DNA of 64,000 nucleotides from Methanobacteriota archaeon (GTDB lineage: Archaea > Thermoplasmatota > Poseidoniia > Poseidoniales > Thalassarchaeaceae). The stretch covers positions 49 through 64,048 of the forward strand of contig PBMO01000035.1 of the NCBI GenBank assembly GCA_002722595.1, written 5' to 3'. Of this stretch, positions 8,937-18,500 are shown in pieces. The notes beneath the pieces are model-generated. The model searched no databases, was not told the DNA's origin, and saw only the letters and a list, made by a program, of their open reading frames with translations. Each line of letters opens with the position of its first letter. Within the stretch, counting starts at the first letter, position 1. A program made the position numbers and the translations under genes.

Positions 8937-10274
8937 ATGTTCAAGCGGGTTCTGATTGCAAACCGCGGCGAAATCGCGCTTCGAATAAGTCGTTCCCTGC
9001 GTGAATTGGGTGTTGAAGTATGCATTATTCATGGCCGCGAAGATCGACTTTCTCTTCCAGTACGCCTCTCTGACTATGCGATTCCAATTTACCGGAGCAA
9101 TCCGTTGGATTCCTACCTCGATTATGAAGCAGTAATTGATGCAGCCAAGCAGGTTGGCGCTGAGGCCATCCATCCAGGATATGGCTTCCTTGCAGAAAAT
9201 GCGGCCTTCGTTAGAAGATGTCAAGAGGAAGACATCATATTCATCGGCCCTGATGCCGATGTGATTTCTCTATTAGGGGACAAAATTGAGGCGAGAAAAG
9301 CAATGGAAGCTGCTGGACTTCCAGTGGCTAAAGGAAGTGATGAAGCCATACAGAATCCTGAAGTTGCTAGGGATTTAGCGGAGGACATTGGTTATCCAGT
9401 TATCATCAAGGCGGCAGCTGGAGGTGGTGGGATTGGGATGCAAGTTGTGCATTCACCAGAGGAATTTGAGTCTGCTCTGAATCTTTGCCAGTCAAGAGCA
9501 CAGTCTGCATTTGGAGATAGCAGAGTGTTTGTAGAGAAATTTATCGAAGGTGCTCAGCACGTCGAGTTTCAAGTATTAGCTGATGGAGAAAATGCAATAC
9601 ATTTTGGCGAAAGATTTTGTTCGATACAAAGGCGTCACCAGAAACTCCTCGAAGAAGGTCCTTGGCTCTCTGATGAAGTGCGTGCAGAGATTGGAGATAG
9701 AGTCTGCGAGGGTGCTAAGTCGGTGGGCTACAGAGGCCTTGCAACATTTGAATTTTTGAGGGATAAGAATGGGGAATTTTACTTCCTTGAAGTAAATCCA
9801 AGAGTGCAAGTTGAGCACACAATAACAGAGATGATTACTGGTGTAGATCTTGTTAAAATGGGTATTGAAATTGCTTCGGGACAGACTCTACCAATTGATC
9901 AAAACGAGATTCAGTTTTCTGGACATGCAATACAGTGTAGATTGAATGCTGAAGATCCTATCCGTTTCATCCCATCTCCTGGGAAACTGTGGGATTGCCA
10001 TTTTCCTGGTGGAAGAGGGGTCCGGGTTGACACACATGCCCACGTCGGTTATGAGATGCCAGGATGTTTTGATTCACTACTGGCAAAACTGATTGTATGG
10101 GGTAAAGACAGAGATGAGGCAATTGCCAAAATGAAGTCAGCACTTTCGGAGACAATATTGGTCGGTGTTGAAACCGTGATTCCATTACACAAGGCAATAC
10201 TCGAGGAGCCAGATTTTATTGCGAGAGATATTACAATACAGTATCTTGAGGAGCATTCAAATTTATTGGGGTGA
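8937..10274 (+). CDS. accC: biotin carboxylase (ATP-grasp) subunit of an acyl-CoA carboxylase
   Basis: MFKRVLIANRGEIALRI N-terminus, HPGYGFLAEN, IIKAAAGGGGIGM and EVNPRVQVEHTITE. At 445 aa it has no fused BCCP domain. Confidence 0.9.
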   Translation: MFKRVLIANRGEIALRISRSLRELGVEVCIIHGREDRLSLPVRLSDYAIPIYRSNPLDSYLDYEAVIDAAKQVGAEAIHPGYGFLAENAAFVRRCQEEDIIFIGPDADVISLLGDKIEARKAMEAAGLPVAKGSDEAIQNPEVARDLAEDIGYPVIIKAAAGGGGIGMQVVHSPEEFESALNLCQSRAQSAFGDSRVFVEKFIEGAQHVEFQVLADGENAIHFGERFCSIQRRHQKLLEEGPWLSDEVRAEIGDRVCEGAKSVGYRGLATFEFLRDKNGEFYFLEVNPRVQVEHTITEMITGVDLVKMGIEIASGQTLPIDQNEIQFSGHAIQCRLNAEDPIRFIPSPGKLWDCHFPGGRGVRVDTHAHVGYEMPGCFDSLLAKLIVWGKDRDEAIAKMKSALSETILVGVETVIPLHKAILEEPDFIARDITIQYLEEHSNLLG

Positions 10275-11254
10275 TTAGTTTGGAAATAGTCATTGTTGGG
10301 AGTTTGGCTTATGACGATCTGGAAACTGAAGCAGGTTCTATCTCTAACTCATTGGGAGGTTCAGGAACATTTGCGGGTCTTGCAGCAGCGTTTCATGCAA
10401 GTCGGAAAGCCGATAGTGAAGGCGTATTGCCAGTTGGCCTAGTTTGTGCCATTGGTGAAGATTTTCAAGAAGAAGATTTGCAATTATTGAAGGAAGCGGG
10501 TCTCAATTTGGACGGCATTGAGCCAATCGAAGGTGGCTTGACATTCCGATGGCGAGGGCGGTACGAAGGCGATATGTCACAGGCGATTACGATTGAGACA
10601 CAACAAAATGTTCTTGCAGAGTATAAGCCCAGTGTACCGGCGTCTTGGTGGTCGCCGAAGATTCTGTTCTTAGCCAACAATCACCCTGCAATCCAGTCCC
10701 ATGTTCTTGATCAATGCGAAGGGGCAAGATTTTGTGCATTAGATTCGATGAATTTGTGGATTGAAACAGCTTTTGACGATTTGTCCAGTGTGCTAAGGCG
10801 AGTCGACCTTGTGATATTGAATGACATGGAAGTCAGGATGATTTCTAAAGATGCAAATTTAATTCGTGCGGGAGAGGCAATTCGCGATGGAAGTGCCCTG
10901 ACAGGCGGCGTCTCGAATGGTCCAGGCCCGTCTATATTAGTAATCAAAAAAGGCGAACATGGATGCATTGCATTGACAGATTCTGGGATGTTGACTCTAC
11001 CGGCCTTCCCCACAATGAATCTGAAGGATCCAACAGGTTGTGGCGACTCATTCGCAGGCAGTTTACTGACAATAATTGCAGATTCAAAAGATACCATGCC
11101 CACACTTGATGAATTGCATAATGCACTTGTACATGCCACTGTAACAGCGTCTTTCACAATATCGGAGTTTGGTACAGAATCATTGATTTCTCTTGAACGC
11201 GGTGAGTATCATGCACGTTTAGATGCCTACAGACGGATGGCTGGTTTGATTTAA
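10271..11254 (+). CDS. PfkB-family carbohydrate/nucleoside kinase
   Basis: GGSGTFAGLAAA near the N-terminus and DPTGCGDSFAGS (PfkB signature 2). The GTG start overlaps the accC stop as GTGA. Confidence 0.8.
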   Translation: MISLEIVIVGSLAYDDLETEAGSISNSLGGSGTFAGLAAAFHASRKADSEGVLPVGLVCAIGEDFQEEDLQLLKEAGLNLDGIEPIEGGLTFRWRGRYEGDMSQAITIETQQNVLAEYKPSVPASWWSPKILFLANNHPAIQSHVLDQCEGARFCALDSMNLWIETAFDDLSSVLRRVDLVILNDMEVRMISKDANLIRAGEAIRDGSALTGGVSNGPGPSILVIKKGEHGCIALTDSGMLTLPAFPTMNLKDPTGCGDSFAGSLLTIIADSKDTMPTLDELHNALVHATVTASFTISEFGTESLISLERGEYHARLDAYRRMAGLI

Positions 11255-13126
11255 TCAACCAAGTCGTGAAATGCCGTGATGTCCGGGTTTTTCCTTTGGA
11301 GGTGATGTGCTAGCCAATTGTCCGAATGCCAACTTCTTGTTTTCGGCAGCACGAAGGAGATTTGCAATAGGCTCCATATCTCCACTAGCAGATAAACGCT
11401 CAATCAGAGCATTGGCTTCATCATCTTCAATTACCCCTCCTGAAGATTTTGATAGTTCTCTAATCCTCTCTCCAACTTCTGCTTGGTGATCTTGGTCAGC
11501 CCTCAGACGCAGTATTTGCCCAGAACGCAGAGGTACTTCGCGAAATTGTCCATCGGCAAATCCATCATCATCACCATAAGTTGAAGCATAGTCATCACCC
11601 TCTACTTTGACCGGTCGACTTACTTTTTTTATCGGACGAGAATTACTATTGCGAATAAGTGCACCAATTCCCTTTTTGGCCATACTCATTAATCGGCTTT
11701 CTTGCTTCGGTTTGGCGAGGAATCTTCTGGTTCCAGTAGACTTCCCCAACATTGCCTCCAAAGCGGGGTAATCATCCATGCCATTAGACATACTTGGCTG
11801 ATTTTTCTCAGTATTATTGTCAATAGGTGTTTCACGTCTTGCAGCGGCGACCACTCCTGGCGTACATTCTGTTCTCAACGCGTGTACAGTTGGTTCAGGT
11901 AGAGTCGTAGTTAGGGCATTAGTTGTTGGCTGATTCATTGCATTATGGATGGCCTGACCAGACCATGGTTGCTGATTCGCTTGGACAATTGGTTCAGACT
12001 CCTTCTGGAATGAATTCGGCGAGTCAAATATATTCCCAAATATTCCTGTGTCTGTAGTTTGCGTAGGATTCTCGTCAAACATAGATCCTGAAAAGAACAT
12101 ATCACCTTCTGATTTAGCCTCAGATACAGCTGATTGTATGCGTGTTCCACCATTCTGCTTCTCACAATACCAGTTGGGTTCGTCGCGACCCCACGCACGT
12201 GAATAAGCGGAGGTTTCACCGCCAAATGCATTGGATTCCTGTCCGAAAATATTTGCATTTGTTTCTCCACCTTTTTCCCATGGCTGGGACCAACTTTCCA
12301 AGTTTTCTTTGGGCTTCAAATCAATTTTTTCTTCTTTGGTTTCATGCAAGGAGTTCCTTGCTCTTTCAAGTAAACCTCGACCAGCATTGTCTGCATGACT
12401 ATCTGAAACAAATGCTTCTGTAGCGACATCAGCCTCTATTGTCGTTTGTCTATTGGGAATGGGATCAGGTATGTTTCCTGAATTCCCATGATACATTGCC
12501 TTCAGAGCCTGTTCTAGATCTGCCTCATCGAATTTTTCCTCTTCGGGCAGTATTGCTATGGCATCAGTATGATTCTCTTGAATCGCATTTGATTCTATTT
12601 TCAATGCTTCTAAAGGAGAAATTGTTGGATAATTTGAGTATTGTTGAATTTCTTCCAAACCTTCCCTTGCTTCATCCAAGGTTTTCCCTTCACATAATCT
12701 GTTGACCATCATTTGAGTTCTCAACAACAAGCTATCTGGGCCATGTAGAATGTGCCTATCACCTTCCTTTGTATCGATACAAAGTGTTGGTTTGCGACCT
12801 AAAAGCCATCCAAAAATTATCGCAGCACCAATCCCTAACGCGTATAATTGAGCAGTTCCGGTTAGAACTCTTGCACCCAATATTAGTGTGATGAAACCAA
12901 TCCATGTAAGGCCAGGTGGTGTAACTGGAACATGGTGATGCCTGACTCGATGTATTGATTCAATATCCACTCTGAGTCCACGACCATCGCGCCTTTCCAA
13001 TAGGAACGATTTTTCATTCAATACGCCCTTTATGCCTCCGCCTACTCCGGCCAGCCTGAACGATGCGAGGAGTTCTTCTCCACGCTGTTCAGGCTGAACC
13101 CCAAAGGGTCCTTCCTGTTTATGCAT
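11255..13126 (-). CDS. hypothetical membrane-anchored protein with a long low-complexity region
   Basis: A 623-aa ORF. The N-terminal roughly 150 aa carry two hydrophobic helices (LTWIGFITLILGARVL, LYALGIGAAIIFGWLLG) in a bPH-like arrangement. A polar/acidic, apparently disordered middle follows, then a charged C-terminal region. I recognise no family motif. Confidence 0.55.
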   Translation of the reverse strand: MHKQEGPFGVQPEQRGEELLASFRLAGVGGGIKGVLNEKSFLLERRDGRGLRVDIESIHRVRHHHVPVTPPGLTWIGFITLILGARVLTGTAQLYALGIGAAIIFGWLLGRKPTLCIDTKEGDRHILHGPDSLLLRTQMMVNRLCEGKTLDEAREGLEEIQQYSNYPTISPLEALKIESNAIQENHTDAIAILPEEEKFDEADLEQALKAMYHGNSGNIPDPIPNRQTTIEADVATEAFVSDSHADNAGRGLLERARNSLHETKEEKIDLKPKENLESWSQPWEKGGETNANIFGQESNAFGGETSAYSRAWGRDEPNWYCEKQNGGTRIQSAVSEAKSEGDMFFSGSMFDENPTQTTDTGIFGNIFDSPNSFQKESEPIVQANQQPWSGQAIHNAMNQPTTNALTTTLPEPTVHALRTECTPGVVAAARRETPIDNNTEKNQPSMSNGMDDYPALEAMLGKSTGTRRFLAKPKQESRLMSMAKKGIGALIRNSNSRPIKKVSRPVKVEGDDYASTYGDDDGFADGQFREVPLRSGQILRLRADQDHQAEVGERIRELSKSSGGVIEDDEANALIERLSASGDMEPIANLLRAAENKKLAFGQLASTSPPKEKPGHHGISRLG

Positions 13127-13219
13127 CCCGGAGCGCGAGCGATGCTTGGCCCTTATACAGTTTACCGGAGTTTAGGATGTGTTCAAATAGAATTGTGCAG
13201 TTTTTTCTAGACTCCGAAA

Positions 13220-14209
13220 TCAGTTCACGACCTTTTCAATATGCTGTACTGAGCCCATAATTCTCATATTACCAGCATCTAGTTGAGCAATTATTACTGG
13301 ACACTCTCCTTTTGTTCGTATCCAAAGCGGTTGTTCCCATTCTACAGTCAATTTTGGACCATCAATTGAAACAATTCTACCTACAATAAATTGTAAATCA
13401 ACAGCAGCATGAATTACACTTCCAATTGCCAAATCTCGTTTCTGAAATGGTGCCTTTTCAATTGAAATTAATGATTTATCATGTCTAATCATTGCTTCAC
13501 TGTCGACATGAGTCAGTATGCATCCGCGATGCAGTGCTTCTTCTCGAAGGTTTCGAAGTGCAACTCCAACACGGTCCCCCTGAACACTCTCTCCGACATC
13601 ATCATCCATGACTTGCAAACTTCGTGCAATTCCCTTTTCATTCGCAGGAAGTATGTTAACTTCATCGTGTTTGAGAATTTTTCCAGACTGTACATAACCA
13701 ATCGCCACTAAGCCAACGCCCTTTACATTGAAGTGCTGATCAATGGGAATTACAAGTGCCTCATTTTCACCACTAGAATCAATTTCTGAGAGTAACGATT
13801 CCCTCAAAGAATGCTCATCTGGCATAGTCTCGTGCAATTGCCATTTTTCCAAACCTGCTTGTGATAAAATCATCTTCACTTGATTTGGATCAACCCAATT
13901 ACCATCTGTTGGGTTTATGATTGCGTGGCCTACAGTGATTCGAGCTGCACCAAAAGCAACCAAGACTTCTCCTAATGCAGCATCAACAGTAGTGATTTCA
14001 ACCATCCCTATTTTTGCGACATTAAGTACACTAAGTAGAGGACGGATTCTTTCAGGGTGCCTCAATGGGCGCAGTAAGGAAAGAATGCGGACACCATTGC
14101 TTCCAGTTTCCTTGTAGACATAGGATTCAATATCTCGGACATCGCCCTTTTTTGCAATTTTCTTTGCAAATTCCTCACTTCCAACGAAGGCAACATTGAG
14201 TACCGGCAT
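13220..14209 (-). CDS. EF-Tu/SelB/aIF2-gamma-like protein with degenerate GTPase motifs
   Basis: An EF-Tu domain 2-like segment is present (VKGVGLVAIGYVQSGKILKHDEVNILP...GDRVGVALRNL). The N-terminal G-domain-like region has VAFVGSEEFAKKIAKKG where GxxxxGK(S/T) is expected, and I see no DxxG or NKxD. The ATG at 14209 lies 5 nt after the upstream stop. Confidence 0.65.
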   Translation of the reverse strand: MPVLNVAFVGSEEFAKKIAKKGDVRDIESYVYKETGSNGVRILSLLRPLRHPERIRPLLSVLNVAKIGMVEITTVDAALGEVLVAFGAARITVGHAIINPTDGNWVDPNQVKMILSQAGLEKWQLHETMPDEHSLRESLLSEIDSSGENEALVIPIDQHFNVKGVGLVAIGYVQSGKILKHDEVNILPANEKGIARSLQVMDDDVGESVQGDRVGVALRNLREEALHRGCILTHVDSEAMIRHDKSLISIEKAPFQKRDLAIGSVIHAAVDLQFIVGRIVSIDGPKLTVEWEQPLWIRTKGECPVIIAQLDAGNMRIMGSVQHIEKVVN

Positions 14210-14214
14210 GGCAA

Positions 14215-14676
14215 TCACTGGTCTGCATTTTTCATTGCATCTCTTGCGGCCTGCGCTTTGTTCCACATTTGCTCTTCTTCCGTTGTCTTAGGCGTGAATT
14301 GTGGAATTGGGATTGGCCTCATTTGAGAATCGATTGCAACCATGAAAAAGAATCCCGAGCAGATTTCTTCGGTCACCCATTCACTTCTGTTCAACCTTTG
14401 AGCAATGACATGCACTCCGGCGGTATGTGTGCTTGTATGCACAACTCTTGCAGTAGTTTCAATCAAATCTCCTTGGTACGCAGGCCTCCGAAATTTTAGT
14501 GCATCTACAGAAACCGTAACAAATTCGCGATGCGCAAATTTACTTGCCACCATGCCTGCAGCAGTATCCATTATACTCATCAATCGACCTCCAAAGAGTG
14601 TATTATATGCATTCGTATCTTGGGGAAAAACTTCATCGATTTTGGTGACTGGTTCAACTGAATAAGGTTCATTCAT
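14215..14676 (-). CDS. acyl-CoA thioesterase (hotdog fold, COG1607-like)
   Basis: NTLFGGRLMSIMDTAAGMVASKFA followed by FVTVSVDALKFRRPAYQGD is typical of acyl-CoA hydrolases. The ATG at 14676 is preferred; the track starts at the GTG at 14724. Confidence 0.8.
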   Translation of the reverse strand: MNEPYSVEPVTKIDEVFPQDTNAYNTLFGGRLMSIMDTAAGMVASKFAHREFVTVSVDALKFRRPAYQGDLIETTARVVHTSTHTAGVHVIAQRLNRSEWVTEEICSGFFFMVAIDSQMRPIPIPQFTPKTTEEEQMWNKAQAARDAMKNADQ

Positions 14677-14778
14677 GTGTATCCCTGTATCTCCCGTGGG
14701 GGCGACCCTTCTTGAGGGTGTCACTTGCCTTTGCCTCTACCCTACGGATTATCAGGGTGAGTGCCCCCCGTCATTTCC

Positions 14779-15438
14779 ATGGGCGAGAACCAATTGTGCA
14801 TCGCTTTAGTATCTGGAGGTATTGATTCTCCCGTTGCAGTTGCAAGAATGGTGCGCGCAGGATGGCAAATAGTTCCTGTGCATTGTTCCCAAGAACCAAT
14901 TACAGGTTCGGAAGCAGAGGACAAAACCGCTTCTAGTATGAGGCATCTTCAATCGACATTGGATAATGGTGAATTGATTGATAGTAAGTTGAGAGTTGTT
15001 ACAGTAGGCCATATATTGGCAAAATTAACTGAGAAAGACACCCACAGAGATTACTTTGTTCACATGAAGAGATTATTCAATGGAATTGCCAATTACTTTG
15101 CAGATGAAATGGGGGCAAAAGCAATACTGACAGGTGAGAACATGGGCCAAGTAAGTAGCCAGACGCTAGGAAATCTTGGCGCAATCGAGGAAGCTAGTAG
15201 GTATCGAATGTTGAGACCTCTACTTGGTCTAGATAAACAAGAAATAATCGATGAAGCAAGAAAGATTGGCACATTTGACATTTCTTCAGGGCCGGAAATG
15301 TGTGATGCATTGGGTCCAGATAAACCCAGTACTGTGGCTAATCTGACTCGCCTTCGAGATCATGAATCACGACTCGGTGGGTTGGAAAATTTAGTCGCAG
15401 AGAGCCTCTCCTCGCTACGATTCCGTAACCTGGAATAG
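14779..15438 (+). CDS. ThiI-like PP-loop ATPase domain protein (tRNA 4-thiouridine / thiamine sulfur transfer family)
   Basis: PP-loop LVSGGIDSPVA, GENMGQVSSQTLGNL and RPLLGLDKQEIIDEARKIGTF. At about 220 aa there is no THUMP or rhodanese domain. The start is ATG 14779 or GTG 14761. Confidence 0.7.
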   Translation: MGENQLCIALVSGGIDSPVAVARMVRAGWQIVPVHCSQEPITGSEAEDKTASSMRHLQSTLDNGELIDSKLRVVTVGHILAKLTEKDTHRDYFVHMKRLFNGIANYFADEMGAKAILTGENMGQVSSQTLGNLGAIEEASRYRMLRPLLGLDKQEIIDEARKIGTFDISSGPEMCDALGPDKPSTVANLTRLRDHESRLGGLENLVAESLSSLRFRNLE

Positions 15439-15509
15439 CAACAGAACAGATTTTCCAAGACAACCAAGGTAGCATCGGTGTTATATGCGGTTTCCGTTTG
15501 GCATGAGTA

Positions 15510-15526
15510 GAACCACTACGTGGTTC
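15510..15526. promoter_or_regulatory. perfect 7-3-7 palindrome GAACCAC-TAC-GTGGTTC upstream of the giant surface protein gene
   Basis: Read directly from the sequence. It lies 19 nt upstream of the ATG at 15545 and about 25 nt downstream of a TATA-like ttatat (15481-15486). It could be an operator or a 5' UTR hairpin. Confidence 0.25.
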
Positions 15527-15544
15527 ATATTGGATGTGATTTGA

Positions 15545-18500
15545 ATGGCTACTCGAACTCGAATGTTATCATTGTCAATGATTGGTCTGATGTTGTTCTC
15601 AACAACACTTGTACATGCAGCAACAATTAGCACGTTTGCAAATGGAAACAATGACGTTGATGTTGAACTTAGAAACCAAGGAACTTGGGGTGATGACCTG
15701 ACTGCAGGGATTAGCCTTCCAACTGGTGAGACGGTTGATTCTGCAGGCCTAATTATTGGCACGAGTTACGCAACTCACAACAATGTCCAAACGATTGATT
15801 CGTCAATAGTCCCTGGTGGAGAGATTTGGAATCCAATCTACAATGGAGCAATGACACAATATTCTGCCACTAGTGATTTTACTTACGAGGAGACGTATCT
15901 CAAATTAACCAGTATGGGTTACAATGCTGATTTTGAGGGTACACAAGAGGGATGGACTGCAGGCGCTGATCAGGGAGTCCCTCCTCAAGTAACTAATTGG
16001 CAGCTTGGCTCTGATGAAAACAACCAGTTGCCATATGGCTGCGAAATTGGCGAGTGGTGTTGGGGTACTGATTTTGAAGGAGTAGATTACACAATGGACC
16101 TAAACTCAGGAGAGTATAATCTCGTGCTGACTAGCGCTTCTTTCTTTGTTCACCCCGGCAAGTCAGATATGTCTTTCAGAAGTTTTCACTCTCTAGTTTA
16201 TCGAGCAGTAGGGACTAATCAGTACTATTACGATGATTGCGCATATGTTGCGGTACAAAACTCAACAAACAATGCAGATTGGAATAATGCAAGATTCTCA
16301 CCCTTCGATGTACAGGCAACTACAGGGTTGTCATCAGGAGATGGATTGTATCAACTGGGATCCAGCACAAATCAAGTACCAACTAGTCAGTGTGATTATC
16401 TTGGTTCAAATGGTCCTCAGACTGGAGATTATGTTCTTGGTGGGAATGGAACGACTGCTTCCAATAGCCCTCAGGGTTGGTCCGAAATCAAACTCGACCT
16501 TTCCGCACATGCAGGTCGCTATGTAAAACTCAATTTCATAATGGAAGTTAATGATTTGAATGGCGCCGCACCCTTTGAAATGATGAATGCTGGTTGGTAT
16601 ATTGATGGAGTACGTGTGGGTGACCCGTTGCCTGCACAAGGCTCAGTCACAATGCGTTCATTTGCGCCACAGGCATCTGGTCAGCAAGGATTCCCTGATG
16701 GCTATGGATTGTTGCACTTAGATTTGGAGAAATCTGCTTCAGCAGACTTTGGCGTAGATATTCTAGATGCAAGCAATGGGAACGTTGTAGTGGATCGTAA
16801 TGGAAATTCAATGAGCAATCTTCAAGGAAGTACTATCGAGTTGTGGGACATTGATGCAAGCACATATCCACTGATCGATTTTAAATTTACATATGGTTCT
16901 GGAGCAGCGCGTCTTGCGTCACCGGTTCTCAATGCGTTCCATTTGGGCACTATGATTGGCACCTCATTCAATAGTACCAATGGATTCTTCTTTGAAGGAG
17001 GAATGTATGATGGCAGTAAATGGTATTCAGATATGACTGGTGGTTCACAGGTCTTCATTACACCAGCAAGGATTGACACAAGTTTCCCAGGAGCTCTCCC
17101 TGTTGAGCGCTATGATTTGTCTATGCCAATTGTTGCAGTGAAACCTATGGTGACTGACAATTGCGGCGGCCCAGATATCCTCTTTGGAATGAGTATGAAT
17201 GAAGAAGACTCAATGGTTTCGATGAATAATAATCAGTGGATTGATGTTGAACCAACCTATTCTTTTGCAGTAGGGGCGAATTACACGTCATTCTGTGAGG
17301 TTACCGAATTCTATGCAGAACTGAAGTTTGCCCACCATTCCAGAGGAATAACTCTGGATGTAGCAGGAGATGGTGACATTGAGTGGGGAGTTACAGATGA
17401 AGCATTTGGTCGATTTGGTCGCCAAGACATGTTCCGTTCGGGAGTAGTCAATGGAATCAATGAAGGAGATACACACCGCACTATTGCAGTTGATGTCAAC
17501 CAACATGGAGAGGGTGCACCATTCTTGTTACCAAGAGATGCAAGTGTATCTTACGCACACATCGGTTACGAGAACAACAATCTTGACACCTTTGATTTAT
17601 CAATTATTAGCGGCTCTGAAGAAGTAAGTATTGGTGAAATACAAGAGGGAGTAAACGCACCACCAACTCCGTTCAGTCCTTTGGTTTCTATTCAGGATGA
17701 TCTCCAGACCCTACTTGATAATCCATTAGTCCCAACTGCATGGATTGATGAGTATGGCAATTCTTGGTGCCTCTTCCGATTGAGTGTCGATTCTGCAACA
17801 GCCACTGGTGGCTCAACCATAACTTTCCGTGATTTGGAAATTATTTACACTTGGGAAACAGCACTTGGACCATCACATAACATCGCTCGAGAACTTAATC
17901 AGGGAGTAGCTCTAGGTATGCAAGCAGGACCAGAACTTCAGAGTGTAGTAGTGCCTATGACTATTGTTGGAGGTTCTGGCGGTGCAGTCAACCTTAATTC
18001 ACTATCAATATCCACGACACCTGGTTATGACTCTACTTTAGATGCAAACGGAATTACTGGAATGTATCCAAATGGGGACGTTATTGAAATTATAACTACT
18101 CACGATGTATCGTCTTCTACAGGTGAATCTCTTGGAGGCGCAAGCCTTCTGTTTGAGACCTCAAATGGTAATATGGAATTACGTTGGGATCAAATGAATG
18201 GTAGTTTCTGGGAGGAATATGATGATGATGACAAGATCAATTTCAGGTCTATGCAGTCTATTTCCAGTACTTTGGCAGGTTCGACAACCGTTCAACTAAA
18301 CTGGCGTTTCACGGTTAATGCGGATTGGGATGACACACCCAGTGTCAGGATATATGCAGCAACTCTATCAGCCTCAGGAGTGAATGGATTGCCTGCAGGT
18401 ATTCTAATTCAACCACCAAACGGAGGGAATGCAGTTGAAAACGATGCAGGAATTACAGATTTCCACCTATACAATCAGGGAGGAGTTGAACAAATAGATC

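Noticed and set aside
8625-9224. 199-aa minus-strand ORF spanning the CysJ-like 3' end, the spacer and the accC 5' end
   Set aside because: It overlaps two well-supported + strand genes and has no motif.
187-13126. Two ORFs of identical listed length (623 aa: 187..2058 and 11255..13126) as paralogs
   Set aside because: I could see no sequence similarity between them, and the first is probably 5'-truncated by the window, so the equal length is coincidental.
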